This document shows positions 1 to 10,171 of a stretch of DNA of 64,000 nucleotides, piece by piece. Within the stretch, counting starts at the first letter, position 1, and the number at the start of each line of letters is the position of its first letter. The stretch comes from a virus (taxonomy: Duplodnaviria > Caudoviricetes): positions 1 to 64,000 of the IMG/VR virus record IMGVR_UViG_2700989005_000001; one strand, written 5' to 3'. The position numbers were made by a program, and so were the translations under genes. The notes beneath the pieces are model-generated. The model was not told the origin of the DNA and ran no database searches. It saw nothing but the letters and a program-made list of their open reading frames with translations.

Positions 1-129
1 ACTCTGGCAGATAAAAGACAACGGTCAAGTTGTTTACGAATCGTATAATGAATATTGCCTTGAGGCATTTCTCAAAGGTGTTAGATATTCAGAACAGTAA
101 GCGCCTTTATGGCGCTTTTTGAGGTTATT

Positions 130-435
130 ATGAGACGACAAATCAATAGAATGAAAAACGATAATGGTGATTTCGAGCGTTATATGCGCACGCAAGCAGC
201 TAGATACGCTCGAAGAGAGATCATCAACAATATAGCCGATGACAATGACATCTTCTTAGTCGGTTCTTACACGATGTACAAAGATTGTGATGAAAAGGTT
301 GTTCTTCAGCTTGTACGATACGCAGGTTACGAGCGTGCTGAAGTTAAAGCAGTGCCGATTGTCGGTAGTCTTGTTGATTGTGTTAATGTCATTCACGGTG
401 TTGGGTTTAGAGTGGTGCTAAATAATGATAGTTAA
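130..435 (+). CDS. hypothetical protein
   Basis: ORF; start moved to ATG 130 after GAGG RBS. Confidence 0.7.
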   Translation: MRRQINRMKNDNGDFERYMRTQAARYARREIINNIADDNDIFLVGSYTMYKDCDEKVVLQLVRYAGYERAEVKAVPIVGSLVDCVNVIHGVGFRVVLNNDS

Positions 436-709
436 CATTGCTCATCATTCTTTTGATGTGTACATTGGTCGCGGCACCCCGTTTGGGAACCCATTTAAAT
501 CAGGGATTGACGGCACTCGAAGCGAAGTTATTGAGCTTTATCGCGAGTGGTTACGCATTCAATTACAAGACGACGAATTTAAAAAGCAGTTTATGCAACT
601 AAAAGGAAAGATTCTCGGTTGTCATTGTAAGCCTAAAGCGTGTCATGGTGATGTAATACTAGAAGAACTTGATAGATTGAGCAGCCCATTAAACAATTTT
701 ATAGGTTAA
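425..709 (+). CDS. DUF4326-family protein
   Basis: DVYIGRGTPFGNPF and LGCHCKPKACHGD motifs typical of DUF4326. Confidence 0.8.
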   Translation: MIVNIAHHSFDVYIGRGTPFGNPFKSGIDGTRSEVIELYREWLRIQLQDDEFKKQFMQLKGKILGCHCKPKACHGDVILEELDRLSSPLNNFIG

Positions 710-712
710 TCT

Positions 713-1006
713 ATGAGAGAAGCAATTGCATTATTGAAAAACACGAAGATGAGTTATACGGATATTAGCGCGTTCGGCGACCCCGTAGTATATGTTCATG
801 CAGGTCATGAAACGATTTTGAAAGTAGAATACACTGAAGATTGCTACTCATTTTTCGATTACAGAAGCAAGTACCTCTATACTGAACAATCAATCGACGA
901 CTTAGAAATACATTTAAAATCAATAGATGTCGGTCTTGATGATGATCTACCATTGAATGGTAATATCGACAAAGACACGATACCAGACGGGGAATTTTTA
1001 GAGTGA
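713..1006 (+). CDS. hypothetical acidic protein
   Basis: ORF with AGG RBS, coupled to next gene. Confidence 0.7.
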   Translation: MREAIALLKNTKMSYTDISAFGDPVVYVHAGHETILKVEYTEDCYSFFDYRSKYLYTEQSIDDLEIHLKSIDVGLDDDLPLNGNIDKDTIPDGEFLE

Positions 1007-1923
1007 AATTTAGCGAATATCAAAGACTCAACGAGTCGTTAGATCGCCCTGCGAAATATAAACTCGTCCGAGAGTTACCAAATTTAAACGTGTATGCGTT
1101 TCAAGTTGATGGTGTTTATTATGAAATAGACATTCAGAAAGGTATTATACGTGAACCGAACGGGATGAAGTCTATGAAGGCTGAGGTGTCGTTCAAAGCT
1201 CTTGATGGTAGTGGTTATAATCTAACTAAGAAAGATGATAAAACAGCTCGTATCGTATTATCAACGGTTGTCGATGCTATTTTCAGTTTTGTTAGAGACA
1301 ATTCACCTGCTCAAATAACATATAGCGCGTTCAATGACGCTGATCAGCGTGATGCAGATAAACGTCTCAGACTGTATAAGATCATGACAAAGGCGAAACT
1401 TAGAGAATTCCCTCAGTATGATTACAGAAACGTAGGTCGTGAATTCATTGTGTATGATGTGGGTTATCAACAACGTGTAGATGACTTTTCACGTCGAGCA
1501 CGTCGTCCAGTCGGGTTTGAAGAACATAGCGACCATGTTGAAGTTAATTTATCTCACGCCAATGCATATGCATTTGTAAGAGCGTTTGAAGTTGAAGATG
1601 GTTCGATGATTAGTGGTGTTCTAGGGCAAGGTCGTGCAGTTGTAAAAGCGGCTGACGAAATTGCAGCTAGGTTACGTGTAAATCGCGTTGTGTATGAAAT
1701 GTCGGACAGGGAAGGTTGGTTAGCAGCACTACAGCACCCAATTTTCGACTATGGCGAGGGTCCCGAAGAAGATAGAACATATCTGGTTGGTGCATTCAAG
1801 AACTTCTATATCGTCTTGACTAGTCAAACAAGTCTAAAAATATACACCGACGATGCAGCGTTTACCAAATACGTGAATGCATTCGATGCGCCGTGGTTAA
1901 ACCCAGAAATAATGGAATCTTAA
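1003..1923 (+). CDS. putative internal head protein (paralog 1)
   Basis: N-terminus MKFSEYQRLNE resembles the T4 capsid-targeting sequence; shares AFND...KR.RLYK.M domain with next ORF. Confidence 0.6.
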   Translation: MKFSEYQRLNESLDRPAKYKLVRELPNLNVYAFQVDGVYYEIDIQKGIIREPNGMKSMKAEVSFKALDGSGYNLTKKDDKTARIVLSTVVDAIFSFVRDNSPAQITYSAFNDADQRDADKRLRLYKIMTKAKLREFPQYDYRNVGREFIVYDVGYQQRVDDFSRRARRPVGFEEHSDHVEVNLSHANAYAFVRAFEVEDGSMISGVLGQGRAVVKAADEIAARLRVNRVVYEMSDREGWLAALQHPIFDYGEGPEEDRTYLVGAFKNFYIVLTSQTSLKIYTDDAAFTKYVNAFDAPWLNPEIMES

Positions 1924-1924
1924 A

Positions 1925-2800
1925 ATGAAATTTAGCGAATATCAAAACGAGCTAACAGAAGCGTTTAACCGCGCTGCACCCATAACAGCACGACGTGGTA
2001 ATCAGAGTTACTTCGAAATAGACGGCGCTGAGTATATGATTGGTCTGTATTATGAAGAAGATCGCAAAGCTCTAGGCGTGGATTTTATGCATAAGCCAGC
2101 GGGTGCAATGTCTTACAATTACAGCCTAGCAAAGGGTGATTCTAAAGACGCGATGACTGTTTTCGCCACGGTTATTTCTGAAATTAAGCACGTGATGCAA
2201 AACAACATCGTAAATCGAATCACATTCGCAGCATTTAATGACACAAATCGTTCTGATTCCCGTAAGCGTACTCGATTATACAAAAGAATGGCTGAACGAT
2301 TTGCCAAAGATTTAGGTTTCAAATTGAGAGTATCAAATGAATCTGAAGGTGCGTCATTCGTGATGGAACGAATCGTTCCTATTGAAGACCCAAAGCCTGT
2401 TTACACTGATAACCCGACTGGTTATGATACAGAAATGGGAACTGAATTGCTCGATTTACCTACAATCAACGACGCTGCTATTGTTAAAGTAACGGGTGGT
2501 GATGGTATTTGGTATCTTCGTGGCGGTCACTCGTTAAACATCGAAGCTGGTATTGTTGAACTTTCGGCAGGTAGCATCAATGATGATGTTGCTTGGTATA
2601 AATCATTTTACCCGTTAGAGTGGTATTATGAACCTGAAGACGAGCTTTTCTACGATGATGAGCAACGTATAGCAATGATTTCTGGTAAGATCTGGGTAAT
2701 CAATGGAAATGAGATCACCGTTTGGAGTGATGTTAGTTCTCTTGAAGCCCAAAGTGATTCGAAATTGAGTCAAGCAACGTTAGAACGAATTGGTGCTTAA
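1925..2800 (+). CDS. putative internal head protein (paralog 2)
   Basis: N-terminus MKFSEYQNELTE; paralog of 1003-1923. Confidence 0.6.
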   Translation: MKFSEYQNELTEAFNRAAPITARRGNQSYFEIDGAEYMIGLYYEEDRKALGVDFMHKPAGAMSYNYSLAKGDSKDAMTVFATVISEIKHVMQNNIVNRITFAAFNDTNRSDSRKRTRLYKRMAERFAKDLGFKLRVSNESEGASFVMERIVPIEDPKPVYTDNPTGYDTEMGTELLDLPTINDAAIVKVTGGDGIWYLRGGHSLNIEAGIVELSAGSINDDVAWYKSFYPLEWYYEPEDELFYDDEQRIAMISGKIWVINGNEITVWSDVSSLEAQSDSKLSQATLERIGA

Positions 2801-2806
2801 ATACAG

Positions 2807-2832
2807 AAAGGTAGCTTCGGCTACCTTTTTTC
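2807..2832 (+). terminator. intrinsic terminator (UUCG loop)
   Basis: AAAGGTAGC-TTCG-GCTACCTTT followed by T-run. Confidence 0.9.
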
Positions 2833-2850
2833 GTTTTAGAGCAAAAAAAC

Positions 2851-2928
2851 GGTTGCATGAATTTCACGAAACGCCTATTATAGCTACATCGAAACGACAT
2901 CGACTACTAACAAAGAGAGAACATTATG
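2851..2928 (+). promoter_or_regulatory. early sigma70-type promoter plus conserved leader cassette
   Basis: TTGCAT-N17-TATTAT then AGCTACATCGAAACGA...GAGAACATTATG, repeated across the window. Confidence 0.8.
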
Positions 2929-3120
2929 AAAGCACGCATCAATCAAGGTTTTGGCAAATACACTGAAGTTGAAATCGTTTCACACGACGAAAACTCAGTA
3001 AACCGTCTTGGTAACAAAGACAACTACACTGTTAGAATCACAGGCGGTGTTGACTGTTTCGGCAAACCTGCTAAAATCGGTGCTGTTCAGACAGTTCAAG
3101 CATCAAACATCGAATTTTAA
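2926..3120 (+). CDS. small early hypothetical protein
   Basis: first ORF after the cassette RBS. Confidence 0.75.
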   Translation: MKARINQGFGKYTEVEIVSHDENSVNRLGNKDNYTVRITGGVDCFGKPAKIGAVQTVQASNIEF

Positions 3121-3132
3121 GAGGTAACAAAC

Positions 3133-3432
3133 ATGGATATTACTGGTAAGTTAGAACTATCAATGAAGCAGTTTGTGAACACAGGGTTCAACCCGAATAA
3201 AACTCACATTCTAGTTGGTCAAGCAAGCGGTCACTCAATCGAGCGATTCAATGACGCAGGCGAAATCATGACTTCTAATGTCATGTATGTTGAAATCAAT
3301 GGCGGTATTGTGTATGCTGTGACGCACTCTAAGAGTCGTTATCAACTAACCAACGTGTCTTTTGACGAGATTACGCAAATGATTAAAGACGCTGCTGAAC
3401 GCGGTATTAACATTCCGCTTTACAACAACTAG
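3133..3432 (+). CDS. hypothetical protein
   Basis: ORF with GAGGT RBS. Confidence 0.75.
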   Translation: MDITGKLELSMKQFVNTGFNPNKTHILVGQASGHSIERFNDAGEIMTSNVMYVEINGGIVYAVTHSKSRYQLTNVSFDEITQMIKDAAERGINIPLYNN

Positions 3433-3493
3433 AAATTCTGCTTTAATACAAACGAATTCACTATTTTTGATTACTTTTTGAGAGAAATATATT

Positions 3494-3811
3494 ATGACTA
3501 CATTCAACGTTAACTTCACTGCTGCAATCGAACTTACTTCTAAAGAATTCGTTGAGACGAATCGCATCAAAGGTCGTTTCTTCAATTCAATGGTTGGTCA
3601 TGAGCAAGGCGAGCACGCATTAACTGCGCCGATTGAATCATTCAAAGTAATCGACAACAAAGTATACGCAGAGACGCGCAACGCAGTATACCACATTCGT
3701 AACCTATCTGCTGTTGCTCTTGCTGACTTCAACACAATCAACGCACCAGTTTACGTAAAGAAAGCTGATGCGAAGTTTGATGAACTAGTTAAAGCTGCTC
3801 TGTTATCGTAA
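3494..3811 (+). CDS. hypothetical protein
   Basis: ORF with GAGA RBS, TAATG overlap with cd. Confidence 0.75.
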   Translation: MTTFNVNFTAAIELTSKEFVETNRIKGRFFNSMVGHEQGEHALTAPIESFKVIDNKVYAETRNAVYHIRNLSAVALADFNTINAPVYVKKADAKFDELVKAALLS

Positions 3812-4263
3812 TGTTCCCGAAGAACAAAAGCTATTATGACTTGGTGTATCTTGACATCGCCAAGTCATTTGCTAAGAAAAGCACCTGCACACAGAAGCAA
3901 GTAGGTGCTGTCATCGTCAAGAATGATCGTATTATCTCACACGGTTACAATGGTACACCGTCAGGTATGCTTCACTGTAAAGATACCGATGACTTCGGTG
4001 ATTTAACTCACCGTCAATGGTCAGAAATTCACGAGATACATGCGGAACAAAACGCGATTTGCTACGCTGCACGCGCTGGCATATCTACTGAAGGCGCGAC
4101 TATGTATGTTACAACGTCGCCGTGTCATAACTGTGCCAAGCTGATAGTCGCGGCTGGTATCAAAATTCTCATTGTAGGTTCGATTTACAGCGGTTCACAA
4201 CCCGATTGGTGGCATTGGCTAGATGCTCGTGGTGTGAAAGTTATTATGTTCGAAGACGAATAA
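3811..4263 (+). CDS. cd: dCMP deaminase
   Basis: GYNG, HAEQNA and SPCHNC zinc-deaminase motifs. Confidence 0.92.
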   Translation: MFPKNKSYYDLVYLDIAKSFAKKSTCTQKQVGAVIVKNDRIISHGYNGTPSGMLHCKDTDDFGDLTHRQWSEIHEIHAEQNAICYAARAGISTEGATMYVTTSPCHNCAKLIVAAGIKILIVGSIYSGSQPDWWHWLDARGVKVIMFEDE

Positions 4264-4270
4264 TGTTTAA

Positions 4271-4278
4271 TATAAGTA
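4271..4278 (+). promoter_or_regulatory. possible T4-type late promoter (TATAAGTA)
   Basis: one mismatch to TATAAATA; same octamer at 5242-5249 before folE. Confidence 0.45.
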
Positions 4279-4317
4279 ATTCGGACTTATAATAGAGCTT
4301 TAACAAGAGAGAAACAT

Positions 4318-5250
4318 ATGAAAAGTACAATGTTTTTAAACAACATCACATGCATCGATCACGCATACGTTGATGAAAACGGTAAAATTAACGGTATGAG
4401 TTACAATCTATGTGTTGAAATCACCGGCGAAGTAGATGAAACTGAGCAAGTCGTAATTGACTTCAGCGGTTGCAAGAAAGCGATCAAGCAGTTAGTAGAC
4501 GAATCTGAACACGCAATTGATCACCGTCTAGTTCTTGTCAACGGATACAGTGAATATGTGTTAAGCGATATTGAAAATCGTGACCGTACACAAATCGACT
4601 CTCCGTTATTCACTGCTGTTTCGTCTGTCAATGACTGGTATCAAGAGATCGTCGATGTATCGCTATTCGATACTGATCTTCACATCCCGTCGGATACGCT
4701 GTACATGAACTATCTAACCGAGTATCTTGAAAATATGTTGCTGAAGCAGCTTAAACTACAAGGCTATCCGGTCACACACGTCACTGTAGAGCTTTCAGAG
4801 AGCTTTGACTTGCCATCATGGGCAAACACGCACGTTTCATTTCATTACGCTCATGGCTTGCGTTCTAGCTCTTCTTATGGGTGTCAGAACATTGCACATG
4901 GACATCGTTCGTTCATTGCAGTTGATGCCATGTTAAACAGTCGTGGTCGCAAAGTACTGGAGCGCATTGCTGAAGAAATGAGCGGCTACATCGTATGGAA
5001 CGACAATCTAACTGCGGAAGGTGCGGTAGCGTATTGTTCACAGCGTGGTAATTTCTATTTGAACATCGATTCAGAAGAAACAATCGTAATCAACACTGAA
5101 ACTACAGTTGAAAATCTCGCGAACTACATTGCAAAAACATACGAAGACGAGTTTCAGCGTATGGGTGTACAGCGTGTATGGGTATCTGAAGGTCTTTCGA
5201 AAGGCGCAGTCGTTGACATCAAAATCAACAAAGAATTACTCTATAAGTAA
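4318..5250 (+). CDS. queD: QueD-like 6-carboxytetrahydropterin synthase (tandem T-fold)
   Basis: IDF..K, IDH, HYAH...GCQNIAHGH and TTVEN motifs; context beside folE/queC. Confidence 0.8.
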   Translation: MKSTMFLNNITCIDHAYVDENGKINGMSYNLCVEITGEVDETEQVVIDFSGCKKAIKQLVDESEHAIDHRLVLVNGYSEYVLSDIENRDRTQIDSPLFTAVSSVNDWYQEIVDVSLFDTDLHIPSDTLYMNYLTEYLENMLLKQLKLQGYPVTHVTVELSESFDLPSWANTHVSFHYAHGLRSSSSYGCQNIAHGHRSFIAVDAMLNSRGRKVLERIAEEMSGYIVWNDNLTAEGAVAYCSQRGNFYLNIDSEETIVINTETTVENLANYIAKTYEDEFQRMGVQRVWVSEGLSKGAVVDIKINKELLYK

Positions 5251-5317
5251 TCAACAATTAATGTTTAGTAGCACGCTTCGGCGTGCTATTATTGTTTTCT
5301 GACTAAGAGGAAATAGA

Positions 5318-5986
5318 ATGTTAGACAAAAATAAAGTAGATCCAATTCTTGGACAAAAAGTTGAAGCGCATCTTCGTGAAATCGGAATGCACACGCCGAC
5401 TGTTGAAAACGGTCTAACTGATGATGAAAAGAAAGTAATTCTTGAAGATCGATTCACTGACATCATGCAAGCTCTAGGTCTTGACCTTACTGACGATTCG
5501 CTTGTTGATACACCGAAGCGTTGGGCTAAGATGATGGTCAATGAACTCATGAGCGGTCTATCACCAGATATGTTCCCTAAATGTACTGCTGTAGACAACA
5601 AAATGAACTACGATCAGATGGTTTGTGAAAAAGGCATTACTGTTCTTTCACAATGTGAGCATCACATCGTAACAATCGACGGCTTTGCAACAGTTGCATA
5701 TATCCCAAATAAGAAAGTACTTGGTCTTTCTAAGATGAATCGCATCGTCGAGTACTTTGCTCGACGCCCACAGATTCAAGAGCGTTTGACTGTTCAAATC
5801 GCTGAAGCACTGAAGTTCATTCTTGAAACTGAAGACGTGGCAGTATTGATCGACGCAAAACACTATTGCGTCAAGGCACGCGGTGTTGAAGACAACAACT
5901 CAAGCACTGTTACAAGTCACCTATCAGGTGCATTTCGTACCGAACCAGAAGCACGCGCCGAATTCATGTCTCTAGCACGAGGGTAA
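5318..5986 (+). CDS. folE: GTP cyclohydrolase I
   Basis: TPKR, SQCEHH, GLSK, RPQIQERLT, HYCVKARG motifs. Confidence 0.96.
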   Translation: MLDKNKVDPILGQKVEAHLREIGMHTPTVENGLTDDEKKVILEDRFTDIMQALGLDLTDDSLVDTPKRWAKMMVNELMSGLSPDMFPKCTAVDNKMNYDQMVCEKGITVLSQCEHHIVTIDGFATVAYIPNKKVLGLSKMNRIVEYFARRPQIQERLTVQIAEALKFILETEDVAVLIDAKHYCVKARGVEDNNSSTVTSHLSGAFRTEPEARAEFMSLARG

Positions 5987-5989
5987 TTG

Positions 5990-7366
5990 ATGATAATTGA
6001 ATACGTTATGTCTGCGACGGGTCATGCTCGTCTTGGTGCAGCACATAAACTAATGGACGTGGTTGACACGTCCTATTTGCGTAAAATACTAGACACAGCA
6101 CAAGATCTCGACGGTGTTCATAAAATCAGTATGTTGTATAACGCATACACTGAAAAGAAAGTCGGTAAGCAAATTAAAGACTTGTTCGGTGATTCTGTAT
6201 ACAAGATTCATGTCGATTCTGGCGGTCTTCAGATTGTTAACTTAGGTCTAGAGAATACACCAGAACTTCGTAAAGCAGTTTACGAGAATCAAGCAGAGTC
6301 TGGTGATATTGGCATGTGTTTCGATGAAATCCCGTTGCACAATGAAGCACAAGGTGGTGGTTCTGCTCGTATCAACACGAAAGACAAGGTCTTCATGTAT
6401 GATCTAGCGTACAAATACGGTGTTAAAACAGGTAAGAACATACGCGCTCAGATTGAAACATATCTTGAGAAAGAAAGCGATTGTAAACCGTACATAATCT
6501 TACAAGGCAACTCAGACGATGACTTTAAGGCATTCAGTGATGGTATAATGTCACAACTTGAAGGCGTTGAGCATCACATTGCTGGGTGTGCTGCTGCCGA
6601 TACATGTATTGGTAATGGCGTGCGTGAGTCTATTGACATGATGAGTGTCATTCCGAAGCTCAACATCCCAGATAAAGCAAAGAAATCTGTGCATATGCTA
6701 GGTGTCGGTTCTGTTAAGCGATTGTTGCCTGCTGTAGCTCTTATCAGAAGCGGTTATTTCGGTGATGATTTTCACATTAGCTACGACTCATCAACTCACA
6801 CTGGTTGTTTAACCAATCGTGAATACACAGATAAGCTCGGTCGTCGTCGTAAGATCTCAGGTCACGGCATCTTTAAAGATGGTAAGAAATTACCGTCGCG
6901 TGAACTAGATGAAATGCTAGATGAAGTGTGGGGTCGTTTCGGTCATGTGTTACCTCGGGGTAAGGAAGAGTTCAAAGAGTTCGCAACACGATTGTGGTTG
7001 AAAGAACTCGACAAAGAAACGATGACAGACGAAGATATTGTGTTTGAAGTTGCTTGTAATATGTGTATAATCTTATCACAAGTCAATAATTTCCAAGCAA
7101 TCATCTCCGAAACGTTTGACTTGAATACACCGAAAGCAGTTGATTTATCATCATTCTTCGATGGTTCTGTTGAGAAAAAAGAGCCGCAATCGGGCTTCAA
7201 GCATTGGTCGAAAGAACGTCGTCTAGACGTTTTAAACAAATTACTTGATGTGAAAGACGTTGCTGCATATCAGCGATGGCACGCAAGTCATATTGACAAG
7301 CTACCATCTATGCGTATTCGTCGCGGTACAACTGCTGAATTCCCAGCTTTCAAAGAACAAGAATAG
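5990..7366 (+). CDS. TGT-fold 7-deazaguanine transglycosylase (DpdA/TGT-like)
   Basis: HVDSGGLQ, FDEIP, HMLGVG and SYDSST motifs; embedded in preQ0 synthesis genes. Confidence 0.8.
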   Translation: MIIEYVMSATGHARLGAAHKLMDVVDTSYLRKILDTAQDLDGVHKISMLYNAYTEKKVGKQIKDLFGDSVYKIHVDSGGLQIVNLGLENTPELRKAVYENQAESGDIGMCFDEIPLHNEAQGGGSARINTKDKVFMYDLAYKYGVKTGKNIRAQIETYLEKESDCKPYIILQGNSDDDFKAFSDGIMSQLEGVEHHIAGCAAADTCIGNGVRESIDMMSVIPKLNIPDKAKKSVHMLGVGSVKRLLPAVALIRSGYFGDDFHISYDSSTHTGCLTNREYTDKLGRRRKISGHGIFKDGKKLPSRELDEMLDEVWGRFGHVLPRGKEEFKEFATRLWLKELDKETMTDEDIVFEVACNMCIILSQVNNFQAIISETFDLNTPKAVDLSSFFDGSVEKKEPQSGFKHWSKERRLDVLNKLLDVKDVAAYQRWHASHIDKLPSMRIRRGTTAEFPAFKEQE

Positions 7367-7395
7367 CGCCTACGGGCGCTCTTTATGAGGTATAC

Positions 7396-8304
7396 ATGAG
7401 CAATTATGATGAAGTATCAGCTATTGCGGCTGAGCATTTAGGTAAAAAAGCTGGCGATTACAGCGATTTCGTTAATATCGTAGACGTTCGACCAGATTTA
7501 CTTGTACCAATCCCGCGTGAGCTAAATCGAACTGATTACGGTATCACAAACGAAGACTTTGCAGGGTTTGATACATGGCATGGCTTCGAAGTATCGGCAC
7601 TGACTGAACAAGGTCTGCCTGTATCTGGTATGGCGAAAGTCGTGTACCCAAGCGATTCACCGAATATCGTTGAAAGTAAATCAATGAAACTGTATTGGAA
7701 CAGCTTCAACATGGCTAAAGTCGCTGCGACTCGTGCTGAAGTACAAGGTGCAATTGAAGCTATCGCGTCGCGTGATCTATCTGAAGTCATCGGTGCTGAA
7801 GTACAAGTGAGCTTCTTCACAGTCAGATCAACACAACCGCACGGTATGACAGGGTATGCAGAACTCGACAAATACGTATCTGAAGACACTGTATTCGACT
7901 CAGAAAGCGGTGCAGATGCTGATTTACTGCAAGAATCTCACGTGAAGCGCATGAAAGTGTTCACGCCGAATCTACGTTCTAACTGTCGCGTGACGCATCA
8001 ACCAGATTTCGGTGATCTGTATGTATACATGAAAGGTGAAAAAACACCAACTATTGACAGTCTCATGCAATACATCGTGTCATTCCGTAAAGAGAATCAT
8101 TTCCATGAAGAATGTGTTGAAATGATTTACAAAGCGTTACTTGATAAGTTCGACCCACAAGAGCTTATGGTAACAGCGTTATACACACGTCGCGGCGGTT
8201 GGAATATCTGCCCAGCACGTGCAACGCATGAAGAACTACTACCAGAAGCACTTGGTAGTGAAGTTGTCTCGCACACTAACGGAAGTTGTTTATTCCGTCA
8301 GTAA
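7396..8304 (+). CDS. queF: NADPH-dependent preQ0 reductase, bimodular type
   Basis: QueF motif IVESKSMKLY, catalytic SNCRVTHQPD, FHEECVE, YTRRGG. Confidence 0.93.
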   Translation: MSNYDEVSAIAAEHLGKKAGDYSDFVNIVDVRPDLLVPIPRELNRTDYGITNEDFAGFDTWHGFEVSALTEQGLPVSGMAKVVYPSDSPNIVESKSMKLYWNSFNMAKVAATRAEVQGAIEAIASRDLSEVIGAEVQVSFFTVRSTQPHGMTGYAELDKYVSEDTVFDSESGADADLLQESHVKRMKVFTPNLRSNCRVTHQPDFGDLYVYMKGEKTPTIDSLMQYIVSFRKENHFHEECVEMIYKALLDKFDPQELMVTALYTRRGGWNICPARATHEELLPEALGSEVVSHTNGSCLFRQ

Positions 8305-8315
8305 TAAGAGCTATG

Positions 8316-8341
8316 ATGAGTGTTCAATTGTGAGCACTCAT
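8316..8341 (+). other. 11-bp stem-loop between queF and queC
   Basis: ATGAGTGTTCA-attg-TGAGCACTCAT (one G-U pair), no U-tract. Confidence 0.6.
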
Positions 8342-8359
8342 ATACTTGAGAGGTTAAAA

Positions 8360-9076
8360 ATGAAAGTAGTATCTGTTCTAAGCGGTGGCTTGGACTCAAC
8401 AATCCTTACGTACAAACTAGTAGATGAATACGGCAAAGACAATGTGTTTGCATTATCGTTCTACTACGGTCAAAAACAGTCAATTGAGCTAGAAAAAGCT
8501 AAATTGACTTGTCAAAAGCTCGGTATCGAGCATCGTCTAATCGACATCTCATTCTTAGGTGAAGTGGTAGCACCTGTATGTGCAAATATCGCTGGTTCAG
8601 ATGTTGCTATGCCAACTATTCAAGACGTTCTAGGCGACCCTCAACCGCCAACTGAAGTTCCATATCGTAATATGCTATTGAACACAATCGCGTTCTCATT
8701 CGCGCAAGCAAATGGCTGTGCAGCGGTTTTTACTGGCATTCAAGTGCATGACGCATACGGTTACTGGGACTGCACACAAGACTTTCTTGACGGCATGAAC
8801 AATCTATCTGCACTGAATCGTCAACACGAGATTGCATTACTTGCTCCGTTCGCTCGTATGTCAAAGGCAGATGAAATCGCTATTGGTGTTAAGCTCGGTG
8901 TACCGTTTGAAGATAGTCTAACGTGTTACGACCCTAACGAAGCAGGTGAAAGCTGTGGTAAATGTCCGTCATGTGCTGAACGCATCATGAACTTCGGTAA
9001 AGCGGGTATTAAAGACCCAGCACCTTACTCGATTGATATCCCATGGGAACAAGTATTTGCTAAGGCAGGTCATTAA
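8360..9076 (+). CDS. queC: 7-cyano-7-deazaguanine synthase
   Basis: SGGLDS PP-loop, VPYRN, TCY...CGKCPSC; start at ATG 8360 after GAGG. Confidence 0.95.
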   Translation: MKVVSVLSGGLDSTILTYKLVDEYGKDNVFALSFYYGQKQSIELEKAKLTCQKLGIEHRLIDISFLGEVVAPVCANIAGSDVAMPTIQDVLGDPQPPTEVPYRNMLLNTIAFSFAQANGCAAVFTGIQVHDAYGYWDCTQDFLDGMNNLSALNRQHEIALLAPFARMSKADEIAIGVKLGVPFEDSLTCYDPNEAGESCGKCPSCAERIMNFGKAGIKDPAPYSIDIPWEQVFAKAGH

Positions 9077-9684
9077 TGTGTGGACTATTTGCTGCTAGAA
9101 GCAAGCAAGAGCTTATTGAATTGTCAAAGAGTAATATTCATCGTGGTTCGCGTACTCACTCTGTGAGTACGTTTAAGAACGGTCATGTGACGGTTCACAA
9201 GTTTACAGGGGCGTTCAATACAACTAATGTGCCTGATAGTGCAGATTTTTATATCTGTCATGTACAAGCACCAACGGGAACAAGTGCTCAAGCACATCCC
9301 GCTATTGTAACAATTGAAGAGAACGGTCAGTTGCATGATTCACACGTGTGGCATAATGGCATTCTTAAAGATCATTACATGAAAAAACAGACTCAAGAAT
9401 GGGATACTGCACACATCGCTGAAGCGATTTGCTACGGCAAATTAAACGAACTTGACGGTACGTTTGCTTGTTTTCACTTCATTAACGGCAATTTGCGTGT
9501 ATTTCGTAATGAAATTAGCCCGTTGTTCATGAGCGAAGACGGTACATCGTTTAGCAGCACGCGAACGATTTTAACTCCAGAGCATGTTGAGCCAAATAAA
9601 GTGTTTAACATCGACTTGAAGACGTTTAAGATGACAGTCGTAAACGAGTTCAAGACTCTTGAAAATCCCTATTTCTTTATGTGA
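9076..9684 (+). CDS. class II (Ntn) glutamine amidotransferase domain protein
   Basis: N-terminal MCG nucleophile, HRG, HNG and GTFA motifs; TAATG-coupled to queC. Confidence 0.8.
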   Translation: MCGLFAARSKQELIELSKSNIHRGSRTHSVSTFKNGHVTVHKFTGAFNTTNVPDSADFYICHVQAPTGTSAQAHPAIVTIEENGQLHDSHVWHNGILKDHYMKKQTQEWDTAHIAEAICYGKLNELDGTFACFHFINGNLRVFRNEISPLFMSEDGTSFSSTRTILTPEHVEPNKVFNIDLKTFKMTVVNEFKTLENPYFFM

Positions 9685-9693
9685 GGTTAAAAC

Positions 9694-9969
9694 ATGATTG
9701 AAGTGAATATCGACGACTTGCTGAAAAATGGTAAAGTCACATTTGAATTTGAGAAAGCAGATGGTTCTATTAAGACTGTAACTGGTACGCGCAATCTCGA
9801 TTTCATCCCTGCTGAGTTTCACCCGAAAGAAAAGCCTTTAGCTGAAGGTGAGACAAAGCCAGAGAAAACAGAAAAGCAAAAAGCGACATGCGGTTACTTC
9901 GATCTCGAAGCTAATGGCTGGCGTTCGTTTAAACGAGCTAATTTACGCGAAGTGAAATCGTTTGATTAA
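9694..9969 (+). CDS. WYL_2/Sm-like SH3-fold protein (T4 61.1-like)
   Basis: FEFEKADGS..GTRN...GWRSF pattern. Confidence 0.7.
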   Translation: MIEVNIDDLLKNGKVTFEFEKADGSIKTVTGTRNLDFIPAEFHPKEKPLAEGETKPEKTEKQKATCGYFDLEANGWRSFKRANLREVKSFD

Positions 9970-10171
9970 AGACCCGTTTGCTGAACACTTGCGCGTCGGA
10001 CAGTGTATTATTCACAAGAAGACGAGCAATGTGTATACAGTAACGAGTAAAGGCAAACTCAAGTTCGACGGTAAGTGGTACAATGCTATCACTTACACGA
10101 GCGAACTAGGCGACGTATACACAAGAACATACGACGACTTCCGCGGGTTTGAACTAAATAGTCCGCACTGA
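9962..10171 (+). CDS. hypothetical protein
   Basis: ORF overlapping previous gene. Confidence 0.6.
   Translation: MIKDPFAEHLRVGQCIIHKKTSNVYTVTSKGKLKFDGKWYNAITYTSELGDVYTRTYDDFRGFELNSPH

Noticed and set aside
8300-8360. preQ1 riboswitch upstream of queC
   Set aside because: AGAGGTT is only the RBS; the preQ1-I pseudoknot and A-rich tail are absent; only a simple hairpin is present.
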